A stretch of DNA of 64,000 nt from NCBI RefSeq assembly GCF_006345805.1, contig NC_042999.1, positions 65,038,001 to 65,102,000 on the forward strand, read 5' to 3'. The notes under the pieces were generated by a model. The model was not told where the DNA came from. It searched no databases and saw nothing but the letters and a program-made list of their open reading frames with translations. The DNA is from Octopus sinensis (Eukaryota). The position numbers and the translations under genes were made by a program. Shown piece by piece: positions 26,524-38,789 of this stretch (position 1 is its first letter; every line of letters begins with the position of its first letter).

Positions 26524-27014
26524 TATATATATATATATATATATACTTCACACACACACACACACATCAAAAGGAGCAAATGTACTTCCAAAGCCATAGT
26601 CTCCTGGGTTCTGCGGCGCATTTATTCAACGAACAGACCCCTTGTCAATCTCAGAACTAAATACATTGTCTGCTAAATGGACTAATAGAGCAACGTAAAA
26701 TGACCTTTTGCTCAGGAATACCATGCGTATCACGGGTCAGAAATCGAAACCACAATTTCACGATCAATATTGCAATATATATATATATATATATATATAT
26801 AACAATGATAAATATCAAAGTGAGTTATATACAGTAGCGGTAACACATCGTGACGTATTTTTGCCATTTCAATATGGCTAACCCCTAAGGGTGGATGCTA
26901 CTGTAGTTTTTAGCCCCAGGAGGACACACTCCTCCAGCTGGCCATAGACACACTATCTGTGTCCTGTCAGTATTTGCAAAGGGAAGTCATCCTTCCCGTC
27001 TTCAACTTATGATA

Positions 27015-27059
27015 CACACGGACTCGAGTTTCGAGGTATTGACCTCTCGTCAGCGTGTG
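27015..27059 (-). ncRNA. Type I hammerhead ribozyme, copy 1
   Basis: Reverse complement of CACACG-CTGACGA-GAGGT(CAAT)ACCTC-GAAA-CTCGAG-TC-CGTGTG. Confidence 0.92.
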
Positions 27060-27438
27060 ACAATCATAGTTGTCGCCGAGAATTAGATTTCCTTCACAAA
27101 TACTTATACTTTTTCCAGCGCCCACTGTCGCTGATATTGAAAAAGTGAAATCAAACAATGATAAATATCAAAGTGAGTTATTTATCAAAGTGAGTGTCTA
27201 TGGCCAGCTGGAGGAGTGTGTCCTCCTGGGGCTAAAAACTACAGTAGCATCCACCCTTAGGGGTTAGCCATATTGAAATGGCAAAAATACGTCACGATGT
27301 GTTACCGCTACTGTATATAACTCACTTTGATATTTATCATTGTTTGATTTCACTTTTTCAATATCAGCGACAGTGGGCGCTGGAAAAAGTATAAGTATTT
27401 GTGAAGGAAATCTAATTCTAGGCGACAACTATGATTGT

Positions 27439-27483
27439 CACACGCTGACGAGAGGTCAATACCTCGAAACTCGAGTCCGTGTG
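27439..27483 (+). ncRNA. Type I hammerhead ribozyme, copy 2
   Basis: Stem I CACACG/CGTGTG, CUGACGA 27445-27451, stem II GAGGU/ACCUC, GAAA 27466-27469, palindrome ACUCGAGU, GUC cleavage predicted after 27477. Confidence 0.92.
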
Positions 27484-27790
27484 TATCATAAGTTGAAGAC
27501 GGAAGGATGACTTCCCTTTGCAAATACTGACAGGACACAGATAGTGTGTCTATGGCCAGCTGGAGGAGTGTGTCCTCCTGGGGCTAAAAACTACAGTAGC
27601 ATCCACCCTTAGGGGTTAGCCATATTGAAATGGCAAAAATACGTCACGATGTGTTACCGCTACTGTATATAACTCACTTTGATATTTATCATTGTTTGAT
27701 TTCACTTTTTCAATATCAGCGACAGTGGGCGCTGGAAAAAGTATAAGTATTTGTGAAGGAAATCTAATTCTCGGCGACAACTATGATTGT

Positions 27791-27835
27791 CACACGCTGA
27801 CGAGAGGTCAATACCTCGAAACTCGAGTCCGTGTG
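27791..27835 (+). ncRNA. Type I hammerhead ribozyme, copy 3
   Basis: Identical motif; cleavage predicted after 27829. Confidence 0.92.
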
Positions 27836-28000
27836 TATCATAAGTTGAAGACGGGAAGGATGACTTCCCTTTGCAAATACTGACAGGACACAGATAGTGT
27901 GTCTATGGCCAGCTGGAGGAGTGTGTCCTCCTGGGGCTAAAAACTACAGTAGCATCCACCTTAGGGGTTAGCCATATTGAAATGGCAAAAATACGTCACT

Positions 28001-28051
<51 letters not shown>

Positions 28052-28483
28052 CAATATGTGTATGCGTGAATGCATCCATGTAAGTATAAGGAGTATTCTC
28101 CCCCGAGAAATCAATTTTCACACTGGCTTAGTTCCAGAGCGTCGCCTGGTTAAAGATCAAACAAGTACGTGACCTACAATTCCATTATTTTATAGGTTGC
28201 GTACTTTAGAATCGTTTGCTTTAATGCCGCAAGAAAGAAGACAGAATTGGTAAAATAATGCATCTATACCATTTCACATTGAATGAAAATTTCTTTTACG
28301 AAGTATGGAGGCTAGATTTATAATGTTATTTATCTGTTAGTAAAAGTCTGGTCCGATGATCAGGAAAAAAATGGAATGCAACTAACATAACATGGAATAT
28401 AATTTAGTTCTATATTTAAGAGATGCAGAATGATGTACATTATTTACATTCGACGGATATTTATCCTCATCATGTTTGTTGTT

Positions 28484-28529
28484 AACACAACGTTTCGGCT
28501 GATATACCCTCCAGCCACCTTCAGGTATC
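28484..28529 (-). ncRNA. Degenerate minimal hammerhead in a pLTR-like repeat (~28430-28600)
   Basis: GATAC-CTGAAGG-T-GGCTG(GAGGGTATAT)CAGCC-GAAA-CG-TT-GTGTT; A9 mutated to G. Confidence 0.55.
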
Positions 28530-29528
28530 TTGAGGAAATTTCGAACCTGGGTTCTCATTCCTAAGGTATTTTTCGATGTTATTATTAATATTATTATTAT
28601 TATTATTGTTGTTATTGTTCAGGTCACTGCTTGGAATCGAACTTGGAATCATGGTGTTAGTAGCCTGAGCTCGTAACCACTACGCCATATGCCCGTGGGT
28701 ACATAGAATATATTTTTTTCAGATAGCTTTTGGTTAAATTTTAAAGAATTCTTCGCTTTAGGAGTTGGCCATTTTGGAAAAGAAATCCCGTCAAGAAACT
28801 GTAAGTATAATTATATAATTTTTATCTCAGTTCGTTTCAGTTTCATTTTCTAGAGGAAACACTTGAACTTGGTATCACGTAGCTTAAAGCTAAAGAAGCA
28901 CGCACAAATACACACACTTACACACACACATACAGCATACGCATCATACACACACACATACTCGCACAACACAGGCGTACGCATACGTTCATGCTTTTCG
29001 TAAAGTGTTCATAACGCACTGCTAGTTTATTTTAGTTTTTATTAATACGCTTAAGGTTTATCTAATTAAGGCCGTTTAAATTTCAAAGTCAAATGTTTGT
29101 ATGTAAATAGTTAATAAAGTTTAAGATAAATAATATATAGAGGCAAAGATGATTTGAATTTTTTCTGTTGCTTGTCAGTTTTCTATTTTGGTAAATTGTG
29201 TTCCAATTGTTTTCAAAACTGTAGTGATGTTCTTTTATGCAAATTATGGAAATGAAATTAATTTTTGCCATAAATTAGTAAGTAATAGTTTATAGCTTTT
29301 AAACTTTGAAAACAGTAGATAATTATGTGCCTGTTTCCATAGTAACAAGCCAAGCTTGTAATCTGCTCCAGAAGAGGATCCAACGAGTCTTTGTCTGTCA
29401 GTTACATGGCTGGAAGTTGGCACCCTTCCTCTTAGGACTGTACTTTCCCACTTTAACCATGGGTCAAGGAATTGACTTTAATCCGGTTGTGCGTTGAAGA
29501 AATGGGGATAAACCACTGCGCAACTGTT

Positions 29529-29609
29529 CGTAAAATATGTACGGAGGACCTGCTCCATAACCTGAATCAGATACGCGGTCTTGGGAAGATTGCTGAAATA
29601 GACGAAGCA
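29529..29609 (+). pseudogene. Merlin/ISXO2 (IS1016-like) transposase fragment
   Basis: RKICTEDLLHNLNQIRGLGKIAEIDEA resembles the Merlin GGxGxIVEIDE motif containing the first catalytic Asp. Confidence 0.65.
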
Positions 29610-30641
29610 GTCTGCTCAGGCGAGGTAGTAAACGACTCAGTGGCACTCACCGTTCTATGGTTGACTCATATCTCTGCGAATTTATGTGGCACAGAAGATG
29701 TGAAAATTGTAATTTTGAGTATATCTCAAACTTTCGTTCTTGATTATCCCTACAAAAATTCTCCCTACAAAAATTGTATTAATTGAGCCGAAAAATTACT
29801 ACAGTAGTATAATGTAGTTTTTTTTTTGTAACCTTTCGCTAAATCAAAAATTAATTGAGGAATTTTCCTTTTAGATTGTTTAAAAGCCAGTTTCACCGTT
29901 TCACACGACTTTATTCATTTAGAACTTATCAAAATTTCAAAACTTCTTACATCTTTCGTCGTCGTCGATTTTGTGATAGGCAAGTGTCACGGAGAAAATG
30001 CCAGCTTCCAAACCTTGTTTTCTGATTGGCTAAAAACTACCAATTTTAAACCTGAGTAACATTTTTCTAAAATTTTTCTGGAACACGTGAATTACAAAAT
30101 CATATTCAGAACGTAAAAGTACATTAATTAACCAATTTGAACATTTTCACTTAATTTTAAAATATCAAAAACTGTGACAGCAACGGAAAAAGATCTGAGG
30201 AATTTTCAAAGAATTGATATTGCGATCTAAGTGAAACGAAATATTTGTAATAGTATTACACAAAACACAAGAAAGATAAGACTGAATTCCAAAATAGTTA
30301 AAAATTTAAGCGAAATATGCAATGGGATTAGACTGTTATTTAATAAAAAGTATCCTTTAAAAATGTTCTCATATTTTAAACGCGTTTTCTACAAAGTCGA
30401 ATGTCTCCAAAACGAGAATAATCATTTTGTGGTTTCACCAATAACCTGGTAAGAAGATCAAAAAAAGAAAGGCGTCTTTAAGTAATAAAAAAAATCTATT
30501 AGTAATGCACTTTTGGCGTTGTTTTCATTCCATATTTTGGTAATTATCATTTTTTTCTTGTTCTTCATTATAAACCCATCTTTCTGTTTCGTATGGTATT
30601 TCATATTTCTATTGTTCTTAATGATTTTCAACTCTGTGGCC

Positions 30642-30689
<48 letters not shown>

Positions 30690-30837
30690 GATATTCACTA
30701 GTACAACACTAAATACAAAACCAAATATATGGCACACTAGGCATAACAACAACACGAACTTCCAACCTGTTGTCTCTTGAGGTCTCTGGGTGAGACTTGG
30801 AGCCAACTTGTACAAATATAAAGCAAAAGTCAAACAT

Positions 30838-30838
30838 A

Positions 30839-30914
<76 letters not shown>

Positions 30915-30915
30915 T
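30838..30915. repeat. (TAA)n microsatellite
   Basis: Direct reading; a family B SINE starts immediately after it. Confidence 0.97.
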
Positions 30916-30924
30916 ATGATTCTT

Positions 30925-31780
30925 AAGGCGGCGAGCTGCCAGAATCGTTAGCACGCCGGGCGAAATGCTTAGTAATATATCGCCTGCCGCTACGTTCTGA
31001 TTTCAAATTCATCATTTCGGAACTGATTAATTAAGTACCAGGGAAACACTAAGGTCGATGTAATCGACTACTTCCTTCCCCGCAAATTTCAGGCCTTGTG
31101 CCTATAACAGAAATAATGATAATTATTAAGTTGGTGAGCTGGCAAACTCGTTATTGTGCTGGGAAAAATGCTTAGGGCATTTCGTCCGGTTTTACGTTTT
31201 GAATTAAAATTCTGCCGAGGTCAATTATGCCTTTTATTCTTTCGGTGTTGATAAATTAAGTACCAGTGAAACACTGGAGTCGATATAGTCGACTTTCCCC
31301 CTCTCCCAAAATGTCAGGCCTCGTGCCTTTTGTAGAAAGAACTGTTATTATTATTATCATTATCGGGGAGTTGGCAGAAACTTTAACATGTCAGAGAAAG
31401 ATGCTTAGCGGTATTTCGTCCGTCTTTGCGTTGTGAGTTCAAATTTCGCACAGTTCTACTTTAACTTTCATCATTTCGGGGCCGTTAAATTAAGTACCTG
31501 GCGTCCATGAAATCAACTTAAACCCTCTCCGAAATTGCTGGTCTTGTGCCCAAATTTGAAATCATTATTATTATTATTGGCGACATGACAGGATGATTAA
31601 CATGCCAGAGAAAATGCTTTCGTCTGCTTTTAGCTTTTTAAGTACAAATCTGTCGAGTTGAAGCATGTCTTTCCTTCTTTCTGCATTGATAAAATAATTA
31701 CCAGTTGAGCACTGAAGTCGATGCAATAGTCTTCCCACTTCTCCAAAGTTTCAGTCCTTGTGTCTATAGAAAGCTTTATT
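30925..31780 (+). mobile_element. Array of about 4 diverged SINE family B units separated by (ATT)n tails
   Basis: Heads GGCGAGCTG/GGTGAGCTG/GGGGAGTTG recur after short ATT runs. Confidence 0.75.
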
Positions 31781-31784
31781 GTTC

Positions 31785-32185
31785 TTTTTTACTCTAGGCA
31801 CAAGGCTCGAAATTTTGTGGGGAGGGGGCCAGTAGATTAGATTGAATCCAGTACGCAACTGGTACTTAAGTTATCGACCTCGAAAGGATGAAAGGCAAAG
31901 TCGAAATCGACGGAATTTGGACTCGGAACATAACGACAGATGAAATACCTATTTCTTTAGTACCTACAAGGGGCTACACACAGAGGGGACAAACAAGGAC
32001 AGACAAACGGATTAAGTCGATTATATCGACCCCAATGCGTAACTAGTACTTATTTGATCGACCCCGAACTGATGAAAGGCAAAGTCGACTTCGGCGGAAT
32101 TTGAACTCAGAACATAACGGCAGACGAAATATCTCTAAGCATTTTGCCCGACGTGCTAACGTTTCTGCCAGCTAGCCGCCTTAGA
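31785..32185 (-). mobile_element. SINE family B, dimeric
   Basis: Reverse-complement dimer directly adjacent to the plus-strand array. Confidence 0.85.
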
Positions 32186-34149
32186 AAATGTTATTATTAC
32201 GATTATTATTATTACTGCATCTAACATTAACAGGACATCATCTCCTGCTATAGTTCTATCATGCATTAATCTAAAAGAATATTTTTCGTAAATTGGATGA
32301 AATTTTTTCTACTTTAATTTGTTTGCAATTAATTCAAGAAAGGTGAGTGCTAACTTTCTTAATTTTTTCTTTGCCGCTTATCAAGCGAGAGAAACAGATA
32401 TTTTAAACCGCTTTTTTTTTGTCAAGTCGAAACACACCTCATCTCCCAATAAGCAAACGACCAAGCTGCTGCAAAAATTCTAAACAGAAAAAAAAAAAAA
32501 GAAACTGAACGAAAATATTATTGAAGAAGATACTACCATTCTTTGGAAGGAAAAAGAAATAAAACAGAAGAAAAATAACTCTAGTTTTTTGTTTTTAATT
32601 CTAGTTTAAACATTAGTGAATTTAGCAAAACTGACAACTCACCTAACATTATTGCACACATGAAAACGCTTTCCTTGTTAACTAAAGAAAATAGCGAGCA
32701 AGCTATTAGTTATCCATTTGCTTGCAAAAACTGACAAGGTTTAAATGTAAACTAATTGGCAGAGAAGGTACCTAATTGGTAAAATTTTATTATAAAATTA
32801 ACTGGCTAAGTGGCAGAAGTGTTAGAGCATCTAACACTGTACCGCTCAATGTTCGTTTCAAATCTTTGTACTCTTGAGTCACATCTTATCGGGGTTGAGT
32901 TTGCTTCTTCTGTTATTTCGAAGTCAAAATACATGATATCAAGCCAGAGCGGCGGTATTTTGTCATTGTTTGGCTGCATATAAGTTGTCGTATTTGTTTC
33001 TTTTCTTTGCTTCCTTAGGTCATATCTCATTATGGGTATCTTGGGAACATTTGGCGTGTTTAATTGTTGCTACTATTTAGCCCAAGGCTCCACTTTGGGG
33101 ATACTTACCCTTTTTATTTCACCAGTCTCGGAAGTACTATAATTCTGTAAACTGTTATGTGGTTAACCTTCTTTCTTGACTAAAATAAGCAGAAAATAAT
33201 ATATATTCTACATCTTCCGGTCATTATATTCAAAAGAATGAAAATCGCAAAAGAACGGAATCTACAATGAATCGTTTACTCAGCCCACGAAGCAAAAAGT
33301 ATTGTCCCTGTTGTCGAGAATGCTGTCTCATCCATATACTGGGGCAAGATCCACGGAATAATTATTTTATTTTTAAACTGAGAGCAAGGGGAAGTGGCTG
33401 ACCACATTAAGCATTTATTTATACGCTGTCATAGATATAACGAACGACCCTTACTTTTCCCTCGTCACCATTTTTGCCTTTCAATATGGATAGATACTAA
33501 ATTTGGATGTAACAAGAATGACATAGAGGATGGATATAGAAGACCTAATGACTCACGAAAATCACTGAACCTTAGCAAAGTGTTGTAAAAGAAAAGGCGA
33601 TGAAATAAGCGCTTGAATTGCTACACGTATAGAAACATAAAGAAAAAAAATGGTTAGGATTTTCTTTAATTGACGAAGATCAGAAGCAGGAGGAAAGCGA
33701 AAAACAATAAAACTCAAAAACTGCCATTGCTGTCATAGTACTACCGGTCGGAGCTTCGGAATCACTAGAGTAGAACAACCCATGATCAGTGTCAGACCGA
33801 GATAATATTTCCTCTAACCGTCGCCACCGGCGACTAGGGAATTACTATGCAAGGTACAATAATATTTCTCTTGTAAAACAATTCATTATGCTCTGATTTC
33901 AGTATCCACTTACAATTAAAGCATAATGTGTAGTGTACTGGGGAATAAAAATTCCCTTTAGTACTCAAGTGCAAACCTTAATCTTCCGAGTTCAAATAAA
34001 AGCGATGATTGGATCGTCCCAGCTTCAAGTCTCGAAAGATTGTCATCAAATCTTCCAACTCTCTAGGAGGCTCCGTGAAGGTTCAAAGTCACTGTATTCC
34101 TTACTCCCAGCTAAAAGATAAAAGAAGATAATCCCTAGCGATTAACCGC

Positions 34150-34650
34150 AATAAATTACACCCTCCTCCTCCTCTTCTTTTCTTCTTCCTTTTCTTCTTC
34201 TTCTTCTGTTTTTTTTTCTTCTTCTTGCCTTTGCACAGCTTCTAACGCTGGATATGTACTACAGTGTCAGCTGTTCCCTACCAGTGAACTAAGGTAACAC
34301 CTCTTATTTTTCGAGCGCCTTCCCGAGTATTCAAGCGGTTCCAAGCAGTGCTGTTTTCTGCAAGTGCTCCACCCTTATTGCAGCCCCTATTTGTTCCACG
34401 TACATCTCGAGATTTTTACTCACAGCTCCCAAGGCTCCGACAATTATTGGTACTACTGCTACCTTTTTCATCGACTACAACTGCTTAACTTCTCAAGCTA
34501 ATCTGCCGTATCTCCCGACTTATCTTTCTTCCTTATCGCATACCTTGTTGTCAGATGACCATGCTATATCTATGATCCAGCATAGTCTGTTTTCTTTCTC
34601 AATTAAGACTATGTCCGGCTTCCTATGTCCAGTTTAGCTGCATTTCGTCC
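34150..34650 (-). pseudogene. 3' end of an R4/Dong-like non-LTR retrotransposon (restriction-like endonuclease domain) with (AAG)n tail
   Basis: Minus strand HRKPDIVLIEKE...VAVVPIIVGALGAVSKNLEMYVEQIG...LQKTALLGTA*ILGKALEK. Confidence 0.8.
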
Positions 34651-34995
34651 ACCGAGATCGACTTTGCCTTTTATCTTTTAGGAATCGATAAAATAGATAT
34701 CAGTTGAGCACTTAACCTGCTGGTCTTGTGTTAAAATTTGACCTTTGTTGTTATTATTATCATTATTAATATTATTATTATCGGCGGTGTGCTGAAAGAA
34801 TCGTTAGCACGCCGGACAAAATGCTTAGTGGCATTTCTCCGCCCTTATGTTCTGAGTTCATATTCCGCCGAGGATGACTTTATCTTTCATCATTTCGGGT
34901 TCTATGAAATAAAATACTAGTTAAGGACTTGGTTCGAAGTAATCGACTAGTCCCCGCTACGCAGATTCCAGGCCCTGTGCCTATTCTATAAAGGA
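34650..34995 (+). mobile_element. SINE family B fragments
   Basis: Nin/Deu-like modules; more fragments at ~35900-36165. Confidence 0.7.
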
Positions 34996-35375
34996 TTATT
35001 ATTATTATTATTTACAATACAACAGTAGCTTAACTGAAACGCCAGTGTGTCAGATTAAATACTTAATCGTATTTAGGTATGCCCGTTTACATTCAAGATC
35101 AAGGGCCGGCAATATGGAGGCAATGGGTGAATTTTTACGTTGTAGAGATATCTGGTAGAAACAGCACTCAAATTACCATCAAAATAACACAAACAGTCTT
35201 TGGAAAAGAAATTGTTATAAAGGGTGATGATAAGCCATGATTTTTCCCTTCTGAACTGACTTTAATTATAGGTCTGCTTCGCCTTCCATACTTTCGAGGT
35301 GGACAAAATAAATACAAGTACTGAGATTGACTCACCCACTCTCCATGAATGTACCAACCTTGTGCAGTAGACATA

Positions 35376-35540
35376 GGAGTGGCTGTGTGGTAAGTAGCTT
35401 GTTTACGAACTACATGGTTCCAGGTTCAGTCCTACTGCGTGGCACCTTGGGCAAGTGTCTTCTACTATAGCGTCGGGCCGACCAAAGCCTTGTAAGGGGA
35501 TTTGGTTGACGAAGACTGAAAGAAACCCGTCGTATATATG

Positions 35541-35622
<82 letters not shown>

Positions 35623-35631
35623 CATACATAC

Positions 35632-35683
<52 letters not shown>

Positions 35684-35880
35684 GTGCGTATGATTGTGTG
35701 TTTGTGTTTGTCACCTCAACATCGCTTGACAACCGATGCTGGTGTGATTACTTCCCCGTAACTTAGCGGTTCGGCAAAAAAGACCGATAGAATAAGTTCT
35801 AGCCTTAGATCGATTTGCTCGATTAAAAAAGGCGGTGCTCCAGCATAGCCACAGTCAAATGACTAAAACCAGTAAAAGAG
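35376..35880 (+). mobile_element. SINE family A with expanded internal (TA)n
   Basis: Full-length copy. Confidence 0.85.
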
Positions 35881-36205
35881 TAATATTCGTTACAATTAAT
35901 GAGTTCAAATTCCGCTGATATCGACATAGCCTCAGAATCGATAAAGTAAGTGCCATGTGAGCAGTGTGGTCAATATAATCGACTGATCCCCTCCCCGTAA
36001 AATTACTGGCCTAATGTCAAAATCTGAATTCAAATTTCGCCAAGGTCGACTTTCACTTGCATTTGTCAGAATCGATAAAAGAAGTGCTAGTTGAGTACTA
36101 CGGTTGGCAGCCTTACCCACTCCCACTAAAATTGCTGGCCTCGTGTCAAAATTTGAGACCATTACTCACAGCAACAATAGCAATACGAAATAGCCTTTAT
36201 ACGAA

Positions 36206-36250
36206 AACTAATTCACCAACAGAGATTTCTTTCTTCCCTGTCAGGTGAGT
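36206..36250 (+). promoter_or_regulatory. Candidate recursive (ratchet) splice site
   Basis: Branch-like ACTAAT, polypyrimidine TTTCTTTCTTCCCTGT, then CAG|GTGAGT at 36244/36245. Confidence 0.3.
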
Positions 36251-36546
36251 AATAAATTTCAGTAGACATAAACCTTCATTTCACAAGAATTGTTCCAGCC
36301 TAGAATGGATATCAGTATGTTGATCATGATTTATATAAATAATTTACCAAGCAGTAATATGAAAGTATTGAACTGTGACACTAGAATACTAAAGTTATAA
36401 TAGCTTGCGGTTATTGTAACAAATGTAAACAACGAACAATCAGTAACGAAATAAATATAGAAATATATATATAAATGAATTATTATCACCTAAAATATTG
36501 TTTAATTTTTCACACAGAAGTAAACTGTGATAAAATGATATGTTGC

Positions 36547-36547
<1 letters not shown>

Positions 36548-36628
<81 letters not shown>

Positions 36629-36636
36629 TTATCTAT

Positions 36637-36708
<72 letters not shown>
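36548..36708. repeat. (ATCT)n microsatellite
   Basis: Direct reading. Confidence 0.97.
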
Positions 36709-36714
36709 TGTTTC

Positions 36715-36757
<43 letters not shown>

Positions 36758-36796
36758 TATTCATCATATATATTGTATGATTGTGATATATATATA

Positions 36797-37034
36797 ATAA
36801 ATAAATGCGCCCTCTTTAAAGCCTAGCCAGGCTCACGGGCCCGGTTTCCCTGTTTCTATGGCGTATGTGTTCTCCAGCTGGACGGGACGCCAGTCCATCG
36901 CAGCGTTACTCATTTTTGCCAACGTGAAATGAAGTGCTTTGCTCAAGAACACAACGCGTTGCCCGGTCCAGGAATCGAAGCCATAACCTTACAATCATGA
37001 TGCTCACACCCTAACCACTAAGCCACGCGCCTCC
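36797..37034 (-). mobile_element. SINE family C
   Basis: GGAGGCGCGTGGCTTAGTGGTTAGGG head, TGTGTTCTTGAGCAAAGCACTT central motif, GGCCCGTGAGCC tail. Confidence 0.8.
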
Positions 37035-38789
37035 ACGACATATATGTATATATATATGTGTGTGTATATATATACTGTGGTCGAATAGCTGATCGTTACA
37101 GTATCTGATAGAAACATTTAGTCTAGTCATCATCGAGCTAGGTTCAAATCCAGCCATTTTATCCCTTTAGGTTGATATATATTTCTCCATTGTTTACATT
37201 CTGGATGTTCTACTGGATGAAATGTGGGCAGGGCAGGATGGATGGGAGACTGAAGCTGGTGGCAATTATATAGTTTTGTATGCCGTTGTCAAAGTTCACA
37301 TGCTGTTGTGTTCGTACGTTGTATGCCGTTGTGAAAATAGTTTCCGGCGCTTAGGTTAAACTCCCCTCGGAAAGCGCATACAGTTTTCTTCATTCTTACA
37401 CCAGTGCAATGTTGACACAGGGAAGATCGATAGATAATATTAGACTGACAGATAATCAGTTGTGATTCCATGCGTGAAAAGTAGCCAGAGAAAGAAAAGT
37501 GGATGAGAAGAGGAAACGGAATTTGCGAATTTGCATTTGAAAATGGAAAACAGATAAGTGTAAAAGAATATGAGAATGTTGCATCGCAGTTTGAAATGAT
37601 TGTAAGTGGAAGAGTAAAATTTAGATATATTCTCACTGCGTGACACAAGTTCCGATTGAATTATTTATGTTTAGGCATTTAGGCAAAGCAGATTTAAGAT
37701 TTCCTGGAATATTACAAAATGTCAGATCTCAGAAATACTAGTGGTGGTATGAGTTGATAAAACAGGTATCTATTGGTAAAAAGTAAAGTGTTTTTAATTC
37801 CTATGCTTCGAGGAAGAAGAAAATCTTAGTCCTTAGTCCACGAGACATTAGACACACAGGAGAAATGCAGGAAATGACTGAATTAATTTCTTTTTATATA
37901 TATTTGATGAAACCCTGCAGAAATACTGTGTTTTTGGAAATGATCTCAGTATCCACATATTACATTTCGTTCAAAGAATCAACTTTAAGTGCGGGGAATT
38001 GAAATGGCATCATTTTGTAAAGTGAAAGAGATAATTGCATATGGCTTACGTCGCGATCCATTTATGTTGTTGCGAAAATAATGGTGTCAAAGTGGATCCT
38101 TACCAGACCCCACATAAACTGTGATCAAATGTCTCTGCTATATATAACCTTATGCAGTTGTATCCGAACCAGTACTACATTTTAAGAATGCATCTCCATC
38201 CATGTGTGACGAATTTGGAGCGCGAGAGTTCACCCAACACTTTGCAAGTTTTTTTCTCTTTCGCGACCTCAAAGCTCTGCAAAGTCGTGTTCCTTTCACC
38301 TTCTATTTTTCTCTCGTGCATACACATTGGCAACAGCTAATTCAATGCTAATTTTTTGTCATTCTATACTGTGACGACGTTCTTATAGAAAGAAAGAGCG
38401 AATAAACAGTTTAAAAGTAAACGTTTGTCCAAAATTTTGAAACTCTTGTGTCATCGACTTGCGAATTTAAACATTACACCAATAAATACATTTTTTGCCG
38501 ATGAAGAAAACCACTAGCCTTCCTACGTTTTTATACGTTCACACACATACACACACTTACCAACAGACACACCTACAAACACACACACCCACACATATAT
38601 CATACACACAACGTAATTCTATTCTATTCTGCAATGTCATTTCATGAATGACGTCCTGGAAAACTGAGGACCCCACCACAAAATATTTGCCAAATTACAC
38701 TGCCACGAACCAGATTACAGAAAATCCATAATTCTTTGATTTTTTTAGTCCTTACCTCTGCAATCGTTATCAGATGCTTTCCTTGTGGC

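Larger units (their letters stand above)
26801..27999. mobile_element. Non-LTR retrozyme / Penelope pLTR array: inverted unit (26801-27180, sense on minus) plus ~2.3 tandem units (~27192-27999, sense on plus), period 352-353 bp
   Basis: GTCTATGGCC recurs at 27196, 27548 and 27901; one intact HHR per full unit; flanked by (TA)n on both sides. Confidence 0.9.

Noticed and set aside
37490-37600. Open frame WMRRGNGICEFAFENGKQISVKEYENVASQFEMI ending at GTAAGT
   Set aside because: No adequate acceptor and no recognisable family
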